A DNA stretch of 64,000 nt from a cyanobacterium endosymbiont of Rhopalodia gibba (GCA_045159875.1 CP067995.1:448001-512000); one strand, 5' to 3'. Positions 10,080-21,787 are shown, counted from the stretch's first letter. A program made the numbers and translations. The notes: generated by a model from the sequence alone, not told the origin.

Positions 10080-11177
10080 TTAGAAAGAAATAATCAAATA
10101 GTGATTTTGAAATTTTGCACTTCTAACAGGTTGTCTGCGTAAAGGTACAGGCAGGTCAATATTTCGTCGTTGATCTCCTGCTTCAATAGTAATTTCTGGA
10201 CCATATTGAGTCAGTTTAACTTCATTTTTATTGAATCCTGGCAAAAACACCCGAACTTCTCTAGAAACCGCATCGACCGTAATAGGTTGGGGGGGCATAG
10301 AATTAGCGAGGAAATCTGGTAAAGCATCCTGTAGGGATTGCAAATCTGTTCCCGTCGGTCGGGAAATAGCTGTCACGGGTAAAGGAGAAAATTCTTGGGA
10401 CAGAGAATCACTAAGTTGACCTTGATTAACCAAAACCCCTTTAACCATTAACCCCACCTGTTGAGAACAACCCCAATAATATTTCATCTCAGCAATCGCC
10501 AATTCGTCATCAGTGGTCACTAAATAGGTTGCTATACGGTTAGGATCAGCCAAAGCATTTTTCCATTTTTTTAAAATATCATTGGCGCGATTAGTAGGTT
10601 CTTTAGTAAAATCATCAGCCGTCCAAGAGACATTTAACATAGCACTAATGATGGGTTGAATAAAAGGGGAAAGTGTTTTGCCCACATCTGATTCTTTCAA
10701 TACTTGATCAAATCGCCGCAGATACCAACTGAGGATTTCTGGAATTCCAAACATCCGTAGGGTACTTAGAGGGCTGTCACCGTCGTAGATAATAACATCG
10801 TACTTGCCGCTTTGGTAATATTCCCATAAGGCATTGAGGGAAAAGGCTCTATCCATTCCTGGTAAAATACCCAATTCTTGACCATAGACATTTTTCAGAG
10901 TCGGCGACCGCAAATATTGGGATTCTAATTCTTTAACTTTTTCCCATCCTTTCTCTAACAGAAAAGTTGAGGATAACTTAACTGCCATCAAATTAGGCGA
11001 CACTTCTGTTGGGGAAATATTCACAGGAGTTTCAAGTAAAGTGCTCAAAGTAGGTCCAGGGTTTTGTCCCACCAAGAGAACTCGTGACCCTAAATTGGAT
11101 AGTTTTTGGGCAGTTGCGATCGACACTGAACTTTGATGACTATCGCCCTTACCTAGAAAAGTCAAAATCAAAGTCAT
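10080..11177 (-). CDS. ArsA/Get3-family ATPase with C-terminal alpha-crystallin-like domain (Get3d-like)
   Basis: LILTFLGKG, ELGILPGMD, YDVIIYDG, and C-terminal VFLPGFNKNEVKLTQYGPEITIEAGDQRRNI; lies in a petP-get3-chlG cluster. Confidence 0.88.
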   Translation of the reverse strand: MTLILTFLGKGDSHQSSVSIATAQKLSNLGSRVLLVGQNPGPTLSTLLETPVNISPTEVSPNLMAVKLSSTFLLEKGWEKVKELESQYLRSPTLKNVYGQELGILPGMDRAFSLNALWEYYQSGKYDVIIYDGDSPLSTLRMFGIPEILSWYLRRFDQVLKESDVGKTLSPFIQPIISAMLNVSWTADDFTKEPTNRANDILKKWKNALADPNRIATYLVTTDDELAIAEMKYYWGCSQQVGLMVKGVLVNQGQLSDSLSQEFSPLPVTAISRPTGTDLQSLQDALPDFLANSMPPQPITVDAVSREVRVFLPGFNKNEVKLTQYGPEITIEAGDQRRNIDLPVPLRRQPVRSAKFQNHYLIISF

Positions 11178-11203
11178 GGGAATTCCTGATTAATCTTCTT
11201 TCC

Positions 11204-11398
11204 TTATTTAACCGGTTTTAGTTCATCTTCAAAGAACCAAACCGCAGTTTTATCGGCAAACTGAACAATTGCCCCAATGCCACTACCATCAGTCATTTTA
11301 AAGTCCTTAACAGTTCCTTGTTGACCTAGTTTATTAAAGATATCTTTGGATACTCGATCCCGAAGACGGTAAATTTGAACTTTCTGCCCGATTTCCAT
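11204..11398 (-). CDS. petP: Cytochrome b6f-associated subunit PetP (DUF2862)
   Basis: MEIGQKV..RLRDRV...KMTDGSGIG..V.F.D....WFFEDEL. Confidence 0.88.
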   Translation of the reverse strand: MEIGQKVQIYRLRDRVSKDIFNKLGQQGTVKDFKMTDGSGIGAIVQFADKTAVWFFEDELKPVK

Positions 11399-11578
11399 GT
11401 TCACTTAATATTTTAATCAAAGTAATGAAACATTCCTTAGTGTAGCCGAATACGGACCTATGTTCATCCTAAAAAATCAGTTAAAATCTAGACGTCTACT
11501 AACAGACGACTCGACAAAGGTGCCTGACATTGAATACAATACCCCTTTAAATCATGATTCATCATTTCGATTCCCATT

Positions 11579-12385
11579 ATGACCTTATCGGCACAATCTG
11601 GCCCGAAATGGTCGCCTTTAAGGCGATATCTAGAGCTGCTCCATATTTTGGTTGAACGTAATTTAAAAGGACGTTATCGAGGTTCGTTTTTAGGGGTCTA
11701 TTGGTCGTTGCTTAACCCCTTGATTATGACAGGACTTTATGCCGCAATTTTTGGGACGGCTTTTTCCAAATACTATAACAATTCTACCTTAAACTATGTT
11801 CTGGCGGCGTTTACAGGTCTCATTGTGATTAACTTTTTCTCGGCTGCTACCAATCAGGCTTTAGGCAGTGTGGTTGGAAATGGACCTTTACTTAATAAAA
11901 TCAAACTTCCTGTCTCGATTTTTCCTGTCTCAATGATTGTGGCTAATACCTTTCAATTTGTAATGGGTCCATTACCCTTATTAGCAATAGTCACCTTACT
12001 AATTAATGGAAACCCTGTTAGTGTGGTGGCGTTAGTATTTCCCCTAATTGCTTTAAGTTTGGTTTGTACGGGGGTCGGATTTTTAGTAAGTGCTTTATTT
12101 GTGTTCTTTCGAGATTTGCCTTATTTTTATGAGTTGATTTGTTTTGTCCTTTGGATCAGCTCGCCCGTATTCTATCCGGCTGAAATCGTTCCCGCTAAGG
12201 TCAAATCCTTTTTACTACTAAATCCCTTAATTCCTATCATTGAAAGTATTCGTCAAATTTCCTTATCAGGGACTTTGCCTGATTTGATGTTAATTGGGCA
12301 TTCATTTCTCAATGGAATTATCCTTTTAATGCTAGGGTGGACTTGTTTTCGTGCCTGGCAAAACCAATTTATGGACTTGCTCTAG
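11579..12385 (+). CDS. wzm: ABC-2 polysaccharide export permease (Wzm/RfbA)
   Basis: RYRGSFLGVYWSLLNPL, FFRDL, SPVFYP and LNPL motifs; hydrophobic. Confidence 0.9.
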   Translation: MTLSAQSGPKWSPLRRYLELLHILVERNLKGRYRGSFLGVYWSLLNPLIMTGLYAAIFGTAFSKYYNNSTLNYVLAAFTGLIVINFFSAATNQALGSVVGNGPLLNKIKLPVSIFPVSMIVANTFQFVMGPLPLLAIVTLLINGNPVSVVALVFPLIALSLVCTGVGFLVSALFVFFRDLPYFYELICFVLWISSPVFYPAEIVPAKVKSFLLLNPLIPIIESIRQISLSGTLPDLMLIGHSFLNGIILLMLGWTCFRAWQNQFMDLL

Positions 12386-12392
12386 AAGTTAC

Positions 12393-13142
12393 ATGACGGA
12401 AGTAATTAGACTCGATCAAGTTTCTTTATCCCGCAGAACCCAAGAGGAGTTCTCTTATGATTTGAAGAAAACTGTTCTCTCCTTCTTAGAGGGTAAGTAT
12501 CGCCAACCCTCAAGAAAGTTGATTCTCGATCAAATTAGCTTAACAGTGAAAGTGGGAGAAAAAGTTGGCATTATTGGAGCTAATGGCTCTGGAAAATCCA
12601 CCATGCTTAAAGTTATCTGTGGTATTTTGCAGCCGTCTACAGGGCAGGTCAGAGTTAAGGGAGAAATTGCTCCCTTAATTGAGCTAGGAGCTGGCTTTGA
12701 TGCAGAATTATCCGTAACTGATAATGTCATTCTTTATGGAGTCATGTTAGGATTCGCTCGCCAAGATATGAAGAAGCGGGTCGCATCCATTTTAAACTTT
12801 GCTGAGTTAGAGGAATACGCATGGGCTCCTGTCAAATCACTTTCATCGGGGATGACAGCTCGCTTGGGGTTTGCCATTGCCACTGATATTGAACCTGATG
12901 TGTTAATCCTTGATGAAGTCCTTTCAGTAGGAGATGAAAGTTTTAAGTACAAATGTCAAAGACGAATGGATAAATTATGGGGCCATCACACTACTATTTT
13001 GGTGGTTTCTCATGGATTGGAGTTTATTCAACAGTCTTGTGATCGCGCCATTTGGTTAGATCGCGGTAAAATTCGTTTTGCGGGTAACACCGATGAGACA
13101 ATTGATTGTTATCTAACGTCAGTTCAACAAAATCAGCGGTAA
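12393..13142 (+). CDS. wzt: ABC polysaccharide export ATP-binding protein (Wzt/RfbB)
   Basis: Walker A GANGSGKST, signature LSSGM, Walker B ILDEVLSVGD, VSH. Confidence 0.92.
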   Translation: MTEVIRLDQVSLSRRTQEEFSYDLKKTVLSFLEGKYRQPSRKLILDQISLTVKVGEKVGIIGANGSGKSTMLKVICGILQPSTGQVRVKGEIAPLIELGAGFDAELSVTDNVILYGVMLGFARQDMKKRVASILNFAELEEYAWAPVKSLSSGMTARLGFAIATDIEPDVLILDEVLSVGDESFKYKCQRRMDKLWGHHTTILVVSHGLEFIQQSCDRAIWLDRGKIRFAGNTDETIDCYLTSVQQNQR

Positions 13143-13281
13143 AATTCGTTTTGTGGGTAACACCGATGAGACAATTGATTGTTATCTAACGTCAGTTCAA
13201 CAAAATCAGCGGTAAAATTCGTTTTGCGGGTAACACCGATGAGACAATTGATTGTTATCTAACGTCAGTTCAACAAAATCA
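13063..13281 (+). repeat. Tandem repeat, 3 x 73 bp
   Basis: Unit GCGGTAAAATTCGTTTTGCGGGTAACACCGATGAGACAATTGATTGTTATCTAACGTCAGTTCAACAAAATCA starts at 13063, 13136 and 13209. One C>T difference in copy 2 (13154). Confidence 0.97.
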
Positions 13282-13305
13282 AGAGATAGGATTACATCAA
13301 CAGAT

Positions 13306-14238
13306 ATGAAAATATTAATCACTGGAGGTGCGGGTTATATTGGGTCAGTTCTGACCCCAACTCTATTGGCAAAAGGCTATGAAGTGACAGTTTTGGACAA
13401 TTTTATGTTCCGGCAAAATAGTCTGGCTAATTGTTGTCAATACGATACATTTAATATAGTCCGTGGCGATTGTCGTGATGAATCTACTATCAAGGAGTTG
13501 CTTCAGGACACAGATGTTATCATTCCTTTAGCTGCCTTGGTAGGTGCGCCTCTATGTGGCCGAGATCAGATAGGAACCCAAACCATTAATTATGAGGCAG
13601 TTAAACTAATCTGTGATTTAGCAAGTCCAGAACAACGTATTTTGATGCCTGTTACTAATAGCGGTTACGGTATTGGGACATCAGGCAAGTATTGTACCGA
13701 AGAATCTCCTTTGCGTCCTATTTCCCTCTATGGCACCACCAAAGTGGATGCAGAAAAGACAGTTTTAGAGAGGGGAAATAGTATCACTTTTCGGTTAGCT
13801 ACGGTATTTGGGATGTCTCCTAGAATGCGGGTAGATCTCCTAGTCAATGATTTTGTTTATCGTGCTTTTTATGATCGTGCTGTGGTGATTTTCGAAGGGC
13901 ATTTTAAGCGAAATTATATCCATATTAGGGATGTGGCTAAGGTGTTTATCCATGGGATCGAAAATTTTGAGTCGATGAAGGGCAAATCCTATAATGTGGG
14001 ACTCGATGATGCTAACTTATCAAAGTTAGAGTTGTGCGCAGAAATTCAAAAGTATCTGCCTAAGTTTGTTTATTTAGAAGCCCCTATCGGGGAAGACCCT
14101 GACAAACGAAATTATATCGTTTCCAATGCTCGAATTCTTAATACAGGATTTGAAACAGATTGGTCTTTAGGACGCGGGATTAAAGAGTTAATTAAAGGTT
14201 ATACAATTTTGCGAAACACTCTCTATTCTAACGTTTAA
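13306..14238 (+). CDS. NAD-dependent epimerase/dehydratase (extended SDR)
   Basis: MKILITGGAGYIGS, YxxxK (YGTTK), RNYIHIRDVA. Confidence 0.92.
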   Translation: MKILITGGAGYIGSVLTPTLLAKGYEVTVLDNFMFRQNSLANCCQYDTFNIVRGDCRDESTIKELLQDTDVIIPLAALVGAPLCGRDQIGTQTINYEAVKLICDLASPEQRILMPVTNSGYGIGTSGKYCTEESPLRPISLYGTTKVDAEKTVLERGNSITFRLATVFGMSPRMRVDLLVNDFVYRAFYDRAVVIFEGHFKRNYIHIRDVAKVFIHGIENFESMKGKSYNVGLDDANLSKLELCAEIQKYLPKFVYLEAPIGEDPDKRNYIVSNARILNTGFETDWSLGRGIKELIKGYTILRNTLYSNV

Positions 14239-14247
14239 AATTTAAGC

Positions 14248-14280
14248 GGGAGTTATTGTCAACTCCCCTTTTTATTTTTT
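14248..14280 (+). terminator. Rho-independent terminator
   Basis: GGGAGTT-attgtc-AACTCCC followed by a T-run, about 10 nt after the stop. Confidence 0.7.
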
Positions 14281-15290
14281 AAAATTTTTATAGCAAATTC
14301 CTTGAATTAATTTTGAGAGAACATCCAAATTAGAACATAATTCTTTCATACTGTTTTTTATCATAGATTTTGACTCTTTAATAGACTCTAGTTTCTGTTG
14401 TTTGTTTATATACTGCCGCTGCTAAAAAGTATCTAAAGTTTAATACCGTAGAGTCGCAATAAATCTTCAATAAATTTACTAATAGACTTTTTTTAAATTA
14501 AATTACATAGTATTTTATGAATATGTTTATTGACATAAACAGTAGACTCTTTGTAGATAGTTAAATCATTTTAAATTTAACACTTTTATAGAAATAATTG
14601 ACTTACTTTAGAAGTATTGCTAAGTTTTTTTAGATAAAAGATTTTATCTAAAAAATAACCATTTTTTGTTATAGTATTCAGATTCTTTATTTTAAATTTT
14701 ATATAAAATTTATTGGTTACTTTAATTTTTTTATTTATTTTATATATTTAATATATTTAATAATCTTTATATGAAATAAGAAGAAGTATGAGCGGATAAA
14801 GAGATATTTATGAATTATTTGATAGTAATATTTTGGCATTGAGATAATATGTTAAATTGTTTACCTAATGAACCAGAAATTCTTATTTATTAATAATTAC
14901 TCATAAGTTAATAATTAAATTAATATAAAAGTCATTATCATGGTCTATTGCTATAAGTTACTAAAACTAAAATAGTTTCTAATAGTTAACAATAACAAAC
15001 AATATTATTAATATTTTCTAAATATAAAGTAATATTGTTATTTTCTACTTTAAAATCTGCTCATAGTTCAAAACCAATAGTAGTAAATATTTAATTTTAA
15101 AGTATCAATCATCAAGCAATGTTAGTAGTTTATTATGATGTTATTTTTTTAGACTTTAATTTTAACTATAGAATAGTAGTATTTATCCAAGTTTAATTGA
15201 AAATCGTAATTATTTTTGGTCTTTAATAGGGTCAACTTAAGAAATAAAGACCCCTATCATCTATAGTTGAGCCCCAACATTTAGACTTAT

Positions 15291-17729
15291 TTAACTGCGA
15301 AGTGTTACCTCAAATTTTTTTACTAAAGCGTTGCGAATTTTGTCGTGAACCGGTTCAACATCCCCATCAGTTAAAGTGTGATTGTCTGCACGATAAACTA
15401 GACTAAAGGCTAGACTTCGTTCTCCTTTAGGAACATTTTCACCTTCATATTCATCGAATAATTCAACCTCTGCAAGTAACTTCCCCCCCGCTTTGTTTAT
15501 CACTTGAGTTAAGTCGGTAACGGAAACTTTTAAAGAAGCAAAAAAAGCCAAATCTCGTTCCACTGCGGGATAGGTAGAATAGGGACTTAAAATAGGGTTC
15601 ATTAACTCCTCTTGTCCTAACATTTCTAACAACACGTTAAAATTCAACGTGAAAGCATATACCGCATCAATTAAATCCTTTTCTTGTCGTAATTGAGGAT
15701 GCAATTGTCCAAAAATTCCTAATTGTTTTTTATCAACCCATAAAGATGCAGTCCGTCCAGGATGTAATCTTTCATCCCTATCATAGGGTTGGTAGGTTAC
15801 GTCTAACCCTAAACTGACAAAAACACTTTCGAGTATACCTTTTGCTTCATACCACTTCATGAAGACTGGCTTTCCACTGCGAATCCACCGTCCTTGAGGG
15901 AACATATCACCGCCAAGAATTCCCCCAACTTCGTCTAATTCTCGATATTTTCCATCAACTATACGGAAAGTTCGCCCAATTTCAAAAGCATTTAATGCAC
16001 CATTTCTTTGAGACTGGTTATAAGCAAAGGCATCAATTAAACCATCAAGTAGATTGGTTCGTAACGCTGCGTATTCAGCCAATAAAGGGTTAGTAATGAT
16101 AATATCCGCTTTTTCAGGTTTAACTAATGAATATTGAACAACTTCCGTCAACCCTACCGCACGAAATACCTCCCGAACCTTACGTTGAACCTGATACTCA
16201 AAAGAGAGTCCCCCAGGTTCGGTTTTATCAGGAAGTTCATCACAGAAATTATCGTAACCATACAAACGGGCTACCTCTTCAATTAAGTCAATCTCCCGTT
16301 TTAAATCCTGATAACGGTAGGAAGGAACCGAAACTTTCCAAACATTATTTCCGTCTTTGACGGGGGTTAAATCACATCCTAGATTGATTAGAATGCGCTC
16401 TACATCTATTGCAGGCACATTAGCAGTTGTACCATTTTTTTTAATTGGACCTAAAATCTTATGTATCCGTTCTAATCTTAGAATAATGGATTCAGTTGAC
16501 AAATCGGGGCGACTGTCTTCTATCACTTGAGTAACGGGGTTTCCTTCTGCTAACTCTGCAATCAGAGCGATCGCAAGATTACACGCTATTTCTAACTCAG
16601 ATTGATTAATCCCCCTTTCATATCTTGCAGAAGACTCGCTACGCAAACTCTGGCAGCGAGAGGAACGACGAATTGTCACTTGATCAAATAAAGCCGCTTC
16701 AAGGACGACATTTTTAGTGGTATCGTCCACGTTGGTTTCGTATCCTCCCATAACTCCCGCTAAAGCAACAGGTTGATCATTAGCAGTAACAATTAAATTA
16801 GCAGATTTTAAATTTCTTTCTTGCTCGTCTAGTGTTTTTAATGTTTCTTTTTCTGTTGCAAATCGTACCCCTAACGTTAACGGTATTTTTTCTGCAACGG
16901 TTTCCAGTTTATCTCGATCAAATGCGTGGAGAGGCTGTCCCCATTCCAACAAAATTAAATTTGTCACATCCACCACATTATTAATGGGACGGACTCCTGC
17001 TACTTTAAGTCTGTTTTGCAACCATTTAGGAGACGGTGCAATTCTCACGTTTTCAATGACGGTTCCTATATATGCAGAACAAACATTTCTGTCTGATATT
17101 TTAACTTTGAGAGAATATGAGGACTTTTTAGGGAAGGAAACTTTCGGAGATTTTGGCAAGTTTAATTCTCCACCTGTTAATGCGGCAACTTCCCGCGCAA
17201 TCCCTACCATACTCAACGCATCTGCGCGGTTTGCAGTAGGACTAATATCAAAGACAATATCATCCAATCCTAACAAAGGACGAGCATCGGTCCCTAGTTC
17301 TAGGATATTATCCTCAAAAATATGAATTCCAGCGGATTTATTCGATAAACCAACTTCAGCAAGGGAACAGATCATTCCCTCAGACTTAACTCCTCGAAGT
17401 TTTGCGGGTTTAATTTTCAGGTCAATTTTGGGTAAATAGGTTCCTATGGTAGCCACAGCAACAATGCTATCAGATGCCACATTAGGTGCACCGCAGACAA
17501 TATTTAAATAAGCTTCCTTACCGATATCCACTTGACAGATACTTAATTTATCTGCGTTGGGATGGGGTTGGCAATCAATAATTTTTCCAATCACTACTCC
17601 ATCTGCCCATTGACGACGATCTTCTATTTGCTCGACCTCCAATCCTGCTATGGTTAAAATATCTGCTAATGCTTCAGGGGAGAGGGTGACATTTACTAAT
17701 TCCCTTAGCCAGTTGACCGAAATCTTCAT
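15291..17729 (-). CDS. pheT: Phenylalanine--tRNA ligase beta subunit
   Basis: [54 protein letters not shown]-terminal FDX-ACB domain. Confidence 0.97.
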   Translation of the reverse strand: MKISVNWLRELVNVTLSPEALADILTIAGLEVEQIEDRRQWADGVVIGKIIDCQPHPNADKLSICQVDIGKEAYLNIVCGAPNVASDSIVAVATIGTYLPKIDLKIKPAKLRGVKSEGMICSLAEVGLSNKSAGIHIFEDNILELGTDARPLLGLDDIVFDISPTANRADALSMVGIAREVAALTGGELNLPKSPKVSFPKKSSYSLKVKISDRNVCSAYIGTVIENVRIAPSPKWLQNRLKVAGVRPINNVVDVTNLILLEWGQPLHAFDRDKLETVAEKIPLTLGVRFATEKETLKTLDEQERNLKSANLIVTANDQPVALAGVMGGYETNVDDTTKNVVLEAALFDQVTIRRSSRCQSLRSESSARYERGINQSELEIACNLAIALIAELAEGNPVTQVIEDSRPDLSTESIILRLERIHKILGPIKKNGTTANVPAIDVERILINLGCDLTPVKDGNNVWKVSVPSYRYQDLKREIDLIEEVARLYGYDNFCDELPDKTEPGGLSFEYQVQRKVREVFRAVGLTEVVQYSLVKPEKADIIITNPLLAEYAALRTNLLDGLIDAFAYNQSQRNGALNAFEIGRTFRIVDGKYRELDEVGGILGGDMFPQGRWIRSGKPVFMKWYEAKGILESVFVSLGLDVTYQPYDRDERLHPGRTASLWVDKKQLGIFGQLHPQLRQEKDLIDAVYAFTLNFNVLLEMLGQEELMNPILSPYSTYPAVERDLAFFASLKVSVTDLTQVINKAGGKLLAEVELFDEYEGENVPKGERSLAFSLVYRADNHTLTDGDVEPVHDKIRNALVKKFEVTLRS

Positions 17730-18144
17730 GGTGTTTTAATTTTCTCTGTTATCTATGATCTTGACCAGTTCTTAGTTTACCGTCTCTGTGGTTTATCTTG
17801 TAGCTAAAGAGATGAGCCTTTATAACTGAGTGCGTTTAATCTGAGAAAACTTATTATTTTTAGTCATGAAGACAAATTAGTTTAAATACATTATCCTTTT
17901 GACTTCTAATTATATTTTTTGTTAAAAAAGAAATTATATTTAACTAATACTAGGATATTTAATATCCGTATTTTTTATTTAATAAAAAAATTAAAACATA
18001 TTTTTGAGTTTTTATTACCTAGGATAAATTTCAAATATTTGACTATAGAATAGTTATGATTGGCTTAGTATATATTTGATTCAATCGTATTATTTAGTAA
18101 ATAAATATTTAAATAAACAAAAAATTAATTTTTTTATTATGCTT

Positions 18145-18180
18145 TAATAAATTGATTTTTTCGAAAAAATCAATTTATTA
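18145..18180. repeat. Perfect 36-bp palindrome with no loop
   Basis: TAATAAATTGATTTTTTC|GAAAAAATCAATTTATTA. Confidence 0.9.
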
Positions 18181-18429
18181 CTTATTTTTTAGTTTTTTAG
18201 ATGAGGACAAGACACTCTTCTGTGTTGAAGAGGATAAAAATAAGTATAGTCTAAATATCTGTATAAATTATGTCCATTATGAATAGTCCGTTTAAAAAAC
18301 GACGTCATTAAATATTAATGTCTTAATTTTTACGATGAAAAAAAGAAATTAAAGACCTGATAATATAACGAAATATAAGTTTATAACGTATAGAATATTA
18401 TCATTAAATGATCTGGTTCACATATTTGC

Positions 18430-18473
18430 TGAATTAGTATTTTTTCGGTTTCATAGAAAAAAATACTAATTCA
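18430..18473. repeat. 16-bp perfect inverted repeat, 12-nt spacer
   Basis: TGAATTAGTATTTTTT...AAAAAATACTAATTCA. Confidence 0.85.
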
Positions 18474-19179
18474 AATTATCAAAGACCGAATAATTGAACA
18501 ACGAAGATTAAAAATTGCTAGTAATGTACAGATTTTTAACGAAACTTTAAGTTGATAAGCTAAAGAAGCTAAAAATTTAAATAGTAATTGAAGTTAAAAT
18601 AGTAGTTTTATGACTACTATTCCAACTAGTCTATAAATCATAAATTAAAAAGATTGATATAGATTTTTAAATCACAATATTAGCTAAAAGAATAATATAA
18701 AAAAATATTATAGCAAAAAATGATGTTTTTTCATAAGAGTAAAAATTTACTAATTAATCTAAGTCTTTACCATGACGAACAAACTATTAGGCTTATCTTT
18801 CTATTTTTGTATATATAATAGTAAAACTATTCTCTTACTGTAGTTGTCATGTAAAATTAACTCATAAAATAGTAAATTAATATGCTTTATTTTTAAATAA
18901 AAACTAAATTTATAGGCTCATAATTTTATTTTAATAAACCTTAATTTACTCAATTTATTCTTGTCTTATATTTATATTTTTTTAATTAAATGCCTAATTT
19001 TATCATAGTTATTTCAAATAAATTAGCTTACTTAAATCATCATAATGTCCAGCCTTAGGCTACCTAATAAATATTTTAAATTTATCTTTTAGTTAGTGTC
19101 TTTATAAAAGGACTAGTTATGTTTAATGCATCTATTATAATTTTGTTTTTTGCTTGATTAAAAATGTTTTTAACTTTTA

Positions 19180-19620
19180 TTTCAAACATATTTTTTCTTA
19201 TTTGATCCCGATAAATATTTTTATTTTTAACTAGTGATTGTAAGCTATTTAACCTCTTATTTAAAGATTTTTTCTATTATTTATCTTGAGTATCAACTTT
19301 TTTTATCACGTAAAATCTATCTGCTACTGTAGTAATGACCTTACTTTAAGGTGGTAATTTACCTAAAAGACTTTGTTATTTTATCAGTATCTTAACCATA
19401 AGATATGGTTAAGATACTTCAGCTTATAGTGTTAATTAATTAACACAATTTTTATATTTTTTTCAGATTCATACTAATTTATTCAATCTTGGTTGAAACC
19501 TCTTTCTCTTAAACTTTTGGATATTTTCTTCTTTTTTGATTTTTTTTGTTTCTATAATTCCTGCACTCATTTCTTTATCTAAATAAACTAACACTACATA
19601 ATAAATTTATTCTGCTTTAA
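19180..19620 (-). mobile_element. Highly eroded ISL3-family transposase remnant
   Basis: Minus strand reads TVADRFYVIKKV near 19300-19330, matching the ISL3 VADRFHV.K motif. The remainder is heavily degraded. Confidence 0.5.
19386..19418. repeat. 15-bp perfect inverted repeat, 3-nt loop
   Basis: AGTATCTTAACCATA-AGA-TATGGTTAAGATACT. Confidence 0.9.
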
Positions 19621-19835
19621 TTATAAAAGTTTTATTATATATTAATTATTTCAATATTTTATTTTTTTAAATTAACAGTTTTTGTCCTAAAAAACAATTA
19701 GTTATCTTTGATAAATTCTCGTTAATTGATACCAGGTTATACTGTAGAGTGAATGCGGCAATACGTTTAAGAGAAAAGAAGATTGCTGTCTAACCTGCGG
19801 AGTATGGTCCTCTGTTAAAACAGAAAGTAAACTTG

Positions 19836-19887
19836 TAATAAACTTACAACCTGATTATTAATTAATAATCAGGTTGTAAGTTTATTA
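19836..19887. repeat. Perfect 52-bp palindrome with no loop
   Basis: TAATAAACTTACAACCTGATTATTAA|TTAATAATCAGGTTGTAAGTTTATTA. Confidence 0.95.
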
Positions 19888-20013
19888 AACATAAGACTTT
19901 ATCTAAAGTAGCAGATGTTTATTGTCTATAAATAAAAAGCGATATTTTTTGAAATTTTCTCCTTGATTATAAGCCTTAGTAGAGGGAGATAAAACTTAAA
20001 CAATGAACAAAAG

Positions 20014-20059
20014 ATTAACAACTTCCCAGATTACTATAGTAATCTGGGAAGTTGTTAAT
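20014..20059. repeat. Perfect 46-bp palindrome with no loop
   Basis: ATTAACAACTTCCCAGATTACTA|TAGTAATCTGGGAAGTTGTTAAT. Confidence 0.95.
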
Positions 20060-20436
20060 AACAGTCAAATTAGCATAAGTCCTATATTGATATTTCTTAA
20101 TCTAAACTAGAAAATCACTATTATACAAACGAAAATCTATATCTCTGAGCAAAAATACTAAATAAATCAATTAAGTTACTAGCGATCATACTATGGTGTT
20201 CTGAAGGTACCTAAATGATGATAATTTCTCCATTATAGTATTCATGGCGTTCTAGACTATTTTCTGTCATTATTTGATACTAGATTTAAAGTAAGATTCA
20301 GTTGTTGTTAAGTAGAGAAAACTAGTTTGGGCACAAACCACCATCAGATTGCCTGAAAAATGACATTTAAAACCATTATCATTCTCACAATCAAGAATTA
20401 CTAATTAAGTCAACCCGATTATCGAGGAGGAACATT

Positions 20437-20871
20437 AATAGTTTACCAAGAAAACTAATTCTCAGTGATTGGTTAGCGTAAACAAATAGCCTTAACAGAA
20501 CTGAGGATTAGGAAAATTAAAGCAAAAATTGATACAGGAATTTGAGTGTCTGCCCTCCACACTTTTGCTATTGAAATTTTTACTCAAAATTTAAAATACA
20601 TGGTTTTATTCAAAGTCCATTGCTATCAACGGAATACGCAATGAACTGTCAGTGCTGAAGCTGGGTTGAACTATTTTAATATAGATTAAAGTCAGAAGTT
20701 CGACAGAATATCTTCAATCATGGGTCGTAATCAAAACAATATTAGCAATGGTTCATTGAACTAACCTTAACTAATCAAGATATGATGGATTTTCGGGTGC
20801 TGTTGAGCTGTAAGGCAATGTGAGAAAGCCTTATGGTGTATACAGAAAGATAATTTATGCAAAGTTTCTGA
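20437..20871 (+). pseudogene. RimK-associated retropepsin-like protease (often annotated 'ATP-dependent zinc protease') pseudogene
   Basis: IG*RKQIALTELRIRKIKAKIDTGI*VSALH resembles the IGWRE...KAKIDTGA.SSALH motif; later ELTLTNQDMMDFRVLL. Contains stops. Immediately upstream of rimK. Confidence 0.8.
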
Positions 20872-20881
20872 GGAAAACAAT

Positions 20882-21787
20882 ATGAGAATAGCCATTTTAT
20901 CTCAAGATGCTTCTCTTTATTCTACCAAGCGTCTTATAGAAGCTGGAAAAGAACGGGGACACGAAATGCATGTTGTTAATTACCTAGGTTGTTACATGAA
21001 CATTGCATCTCAAAAACCTTCAGTAGTTTATCAAGGTCAACCTCTAGAAAACTTTGACGCAATTATTCCTCGCATTGGTGCATCAAGGACATTTTATGGA
21101 ACTGCAGTGGTAAGACAGTTTGAGATAATGGGAGTCTTTAGTGCCAACGAATCCCAGTCCATTGCCCGCTCTAGGGACAAACTCCGTTGCTTACAAATTC
21201 TTGCCCGTGAAGGAGTTAGATTACCTGTTACGGGTTTCGCTCATGCTACTACAGATGTTGACGGCTTAATTGAGATTGTCGGTGGCGCACCTCTGGTTAT
21301 TAAATTGCTAGAAGGAACCCAAGGAATTGGCGTGGTATTGGCTGAAACTCACCAAGCTGCTAAGTCAGTTATTGAAGCGTTCCGGAAATTGGATGCCAAT
21401 ATCTTAGTACAGGAATTTATTAAAGAAGCTGGGGGTGCAGATACTCGCTGTTTCGTTGTCGCGGACAAAGTAGTTGCGTCGATGAAACGACAAGGCATAG
21501 ACGGGGAATTTCGCTCAAACCTACACCGAGGAGGAAAGGGCGAGAAAATTAAGTTAACCCCAGAAGAACGGGATACTGCCGTACGGTCTGCTAGGGCAAT
21601 GGGGTTGAGAATTGCTGGGGTAGATATGATTAACTCTAATCGTGGTCCGGTGGTAATAGAAGTAAATTCTTCTCCAGGATTAGAAGGAATTGAAAAAGCA
21701 ACAGAGATAGACGTAGCAGGAAAGATTATAGAATTTTTAGCAAAAAATGCCACCTCGAGAAAAAACCGTGGTCGCATCCAATATTAA
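20882..21787 (+). CDS. rimK: Alpha-L-glutamate ligase (ATP-grasp)
   Basis: [56 protein letters not shown]. Confidence 0.95.
   Translation: MRIAILSQDASLYSTKRLIEAGKERGHEMHVVNYLGCYMNIASQKPSVVYQGQPLENFDAIIPRIGASRTFYGTAVVRQFEIMGVFSANESQSIARSRDKLRCLQILAREGVRLPVTGFAHATTDVDGLIEIVGGAPLVIKLLEGTQGIGVVLAETHQAAKSVIEAFRKLDANILVQEFIKEAGGADTRCFVVADKVVASMKRQGIDGEFRSNLHRGGKGEKIKLTPEERDTAVRSARAMGLRIAGVDMINSNRGPVVIEVNSSPGLEGIEKATEIDVAGKIIEFLAKNATSRKNRGRIQY

Noticed and set aside
13063..13281. CRISPR array
   Set aside because: Units are contiguous copies of wzt coding sequence with no unique spacers, and there are no cas genes in the window.
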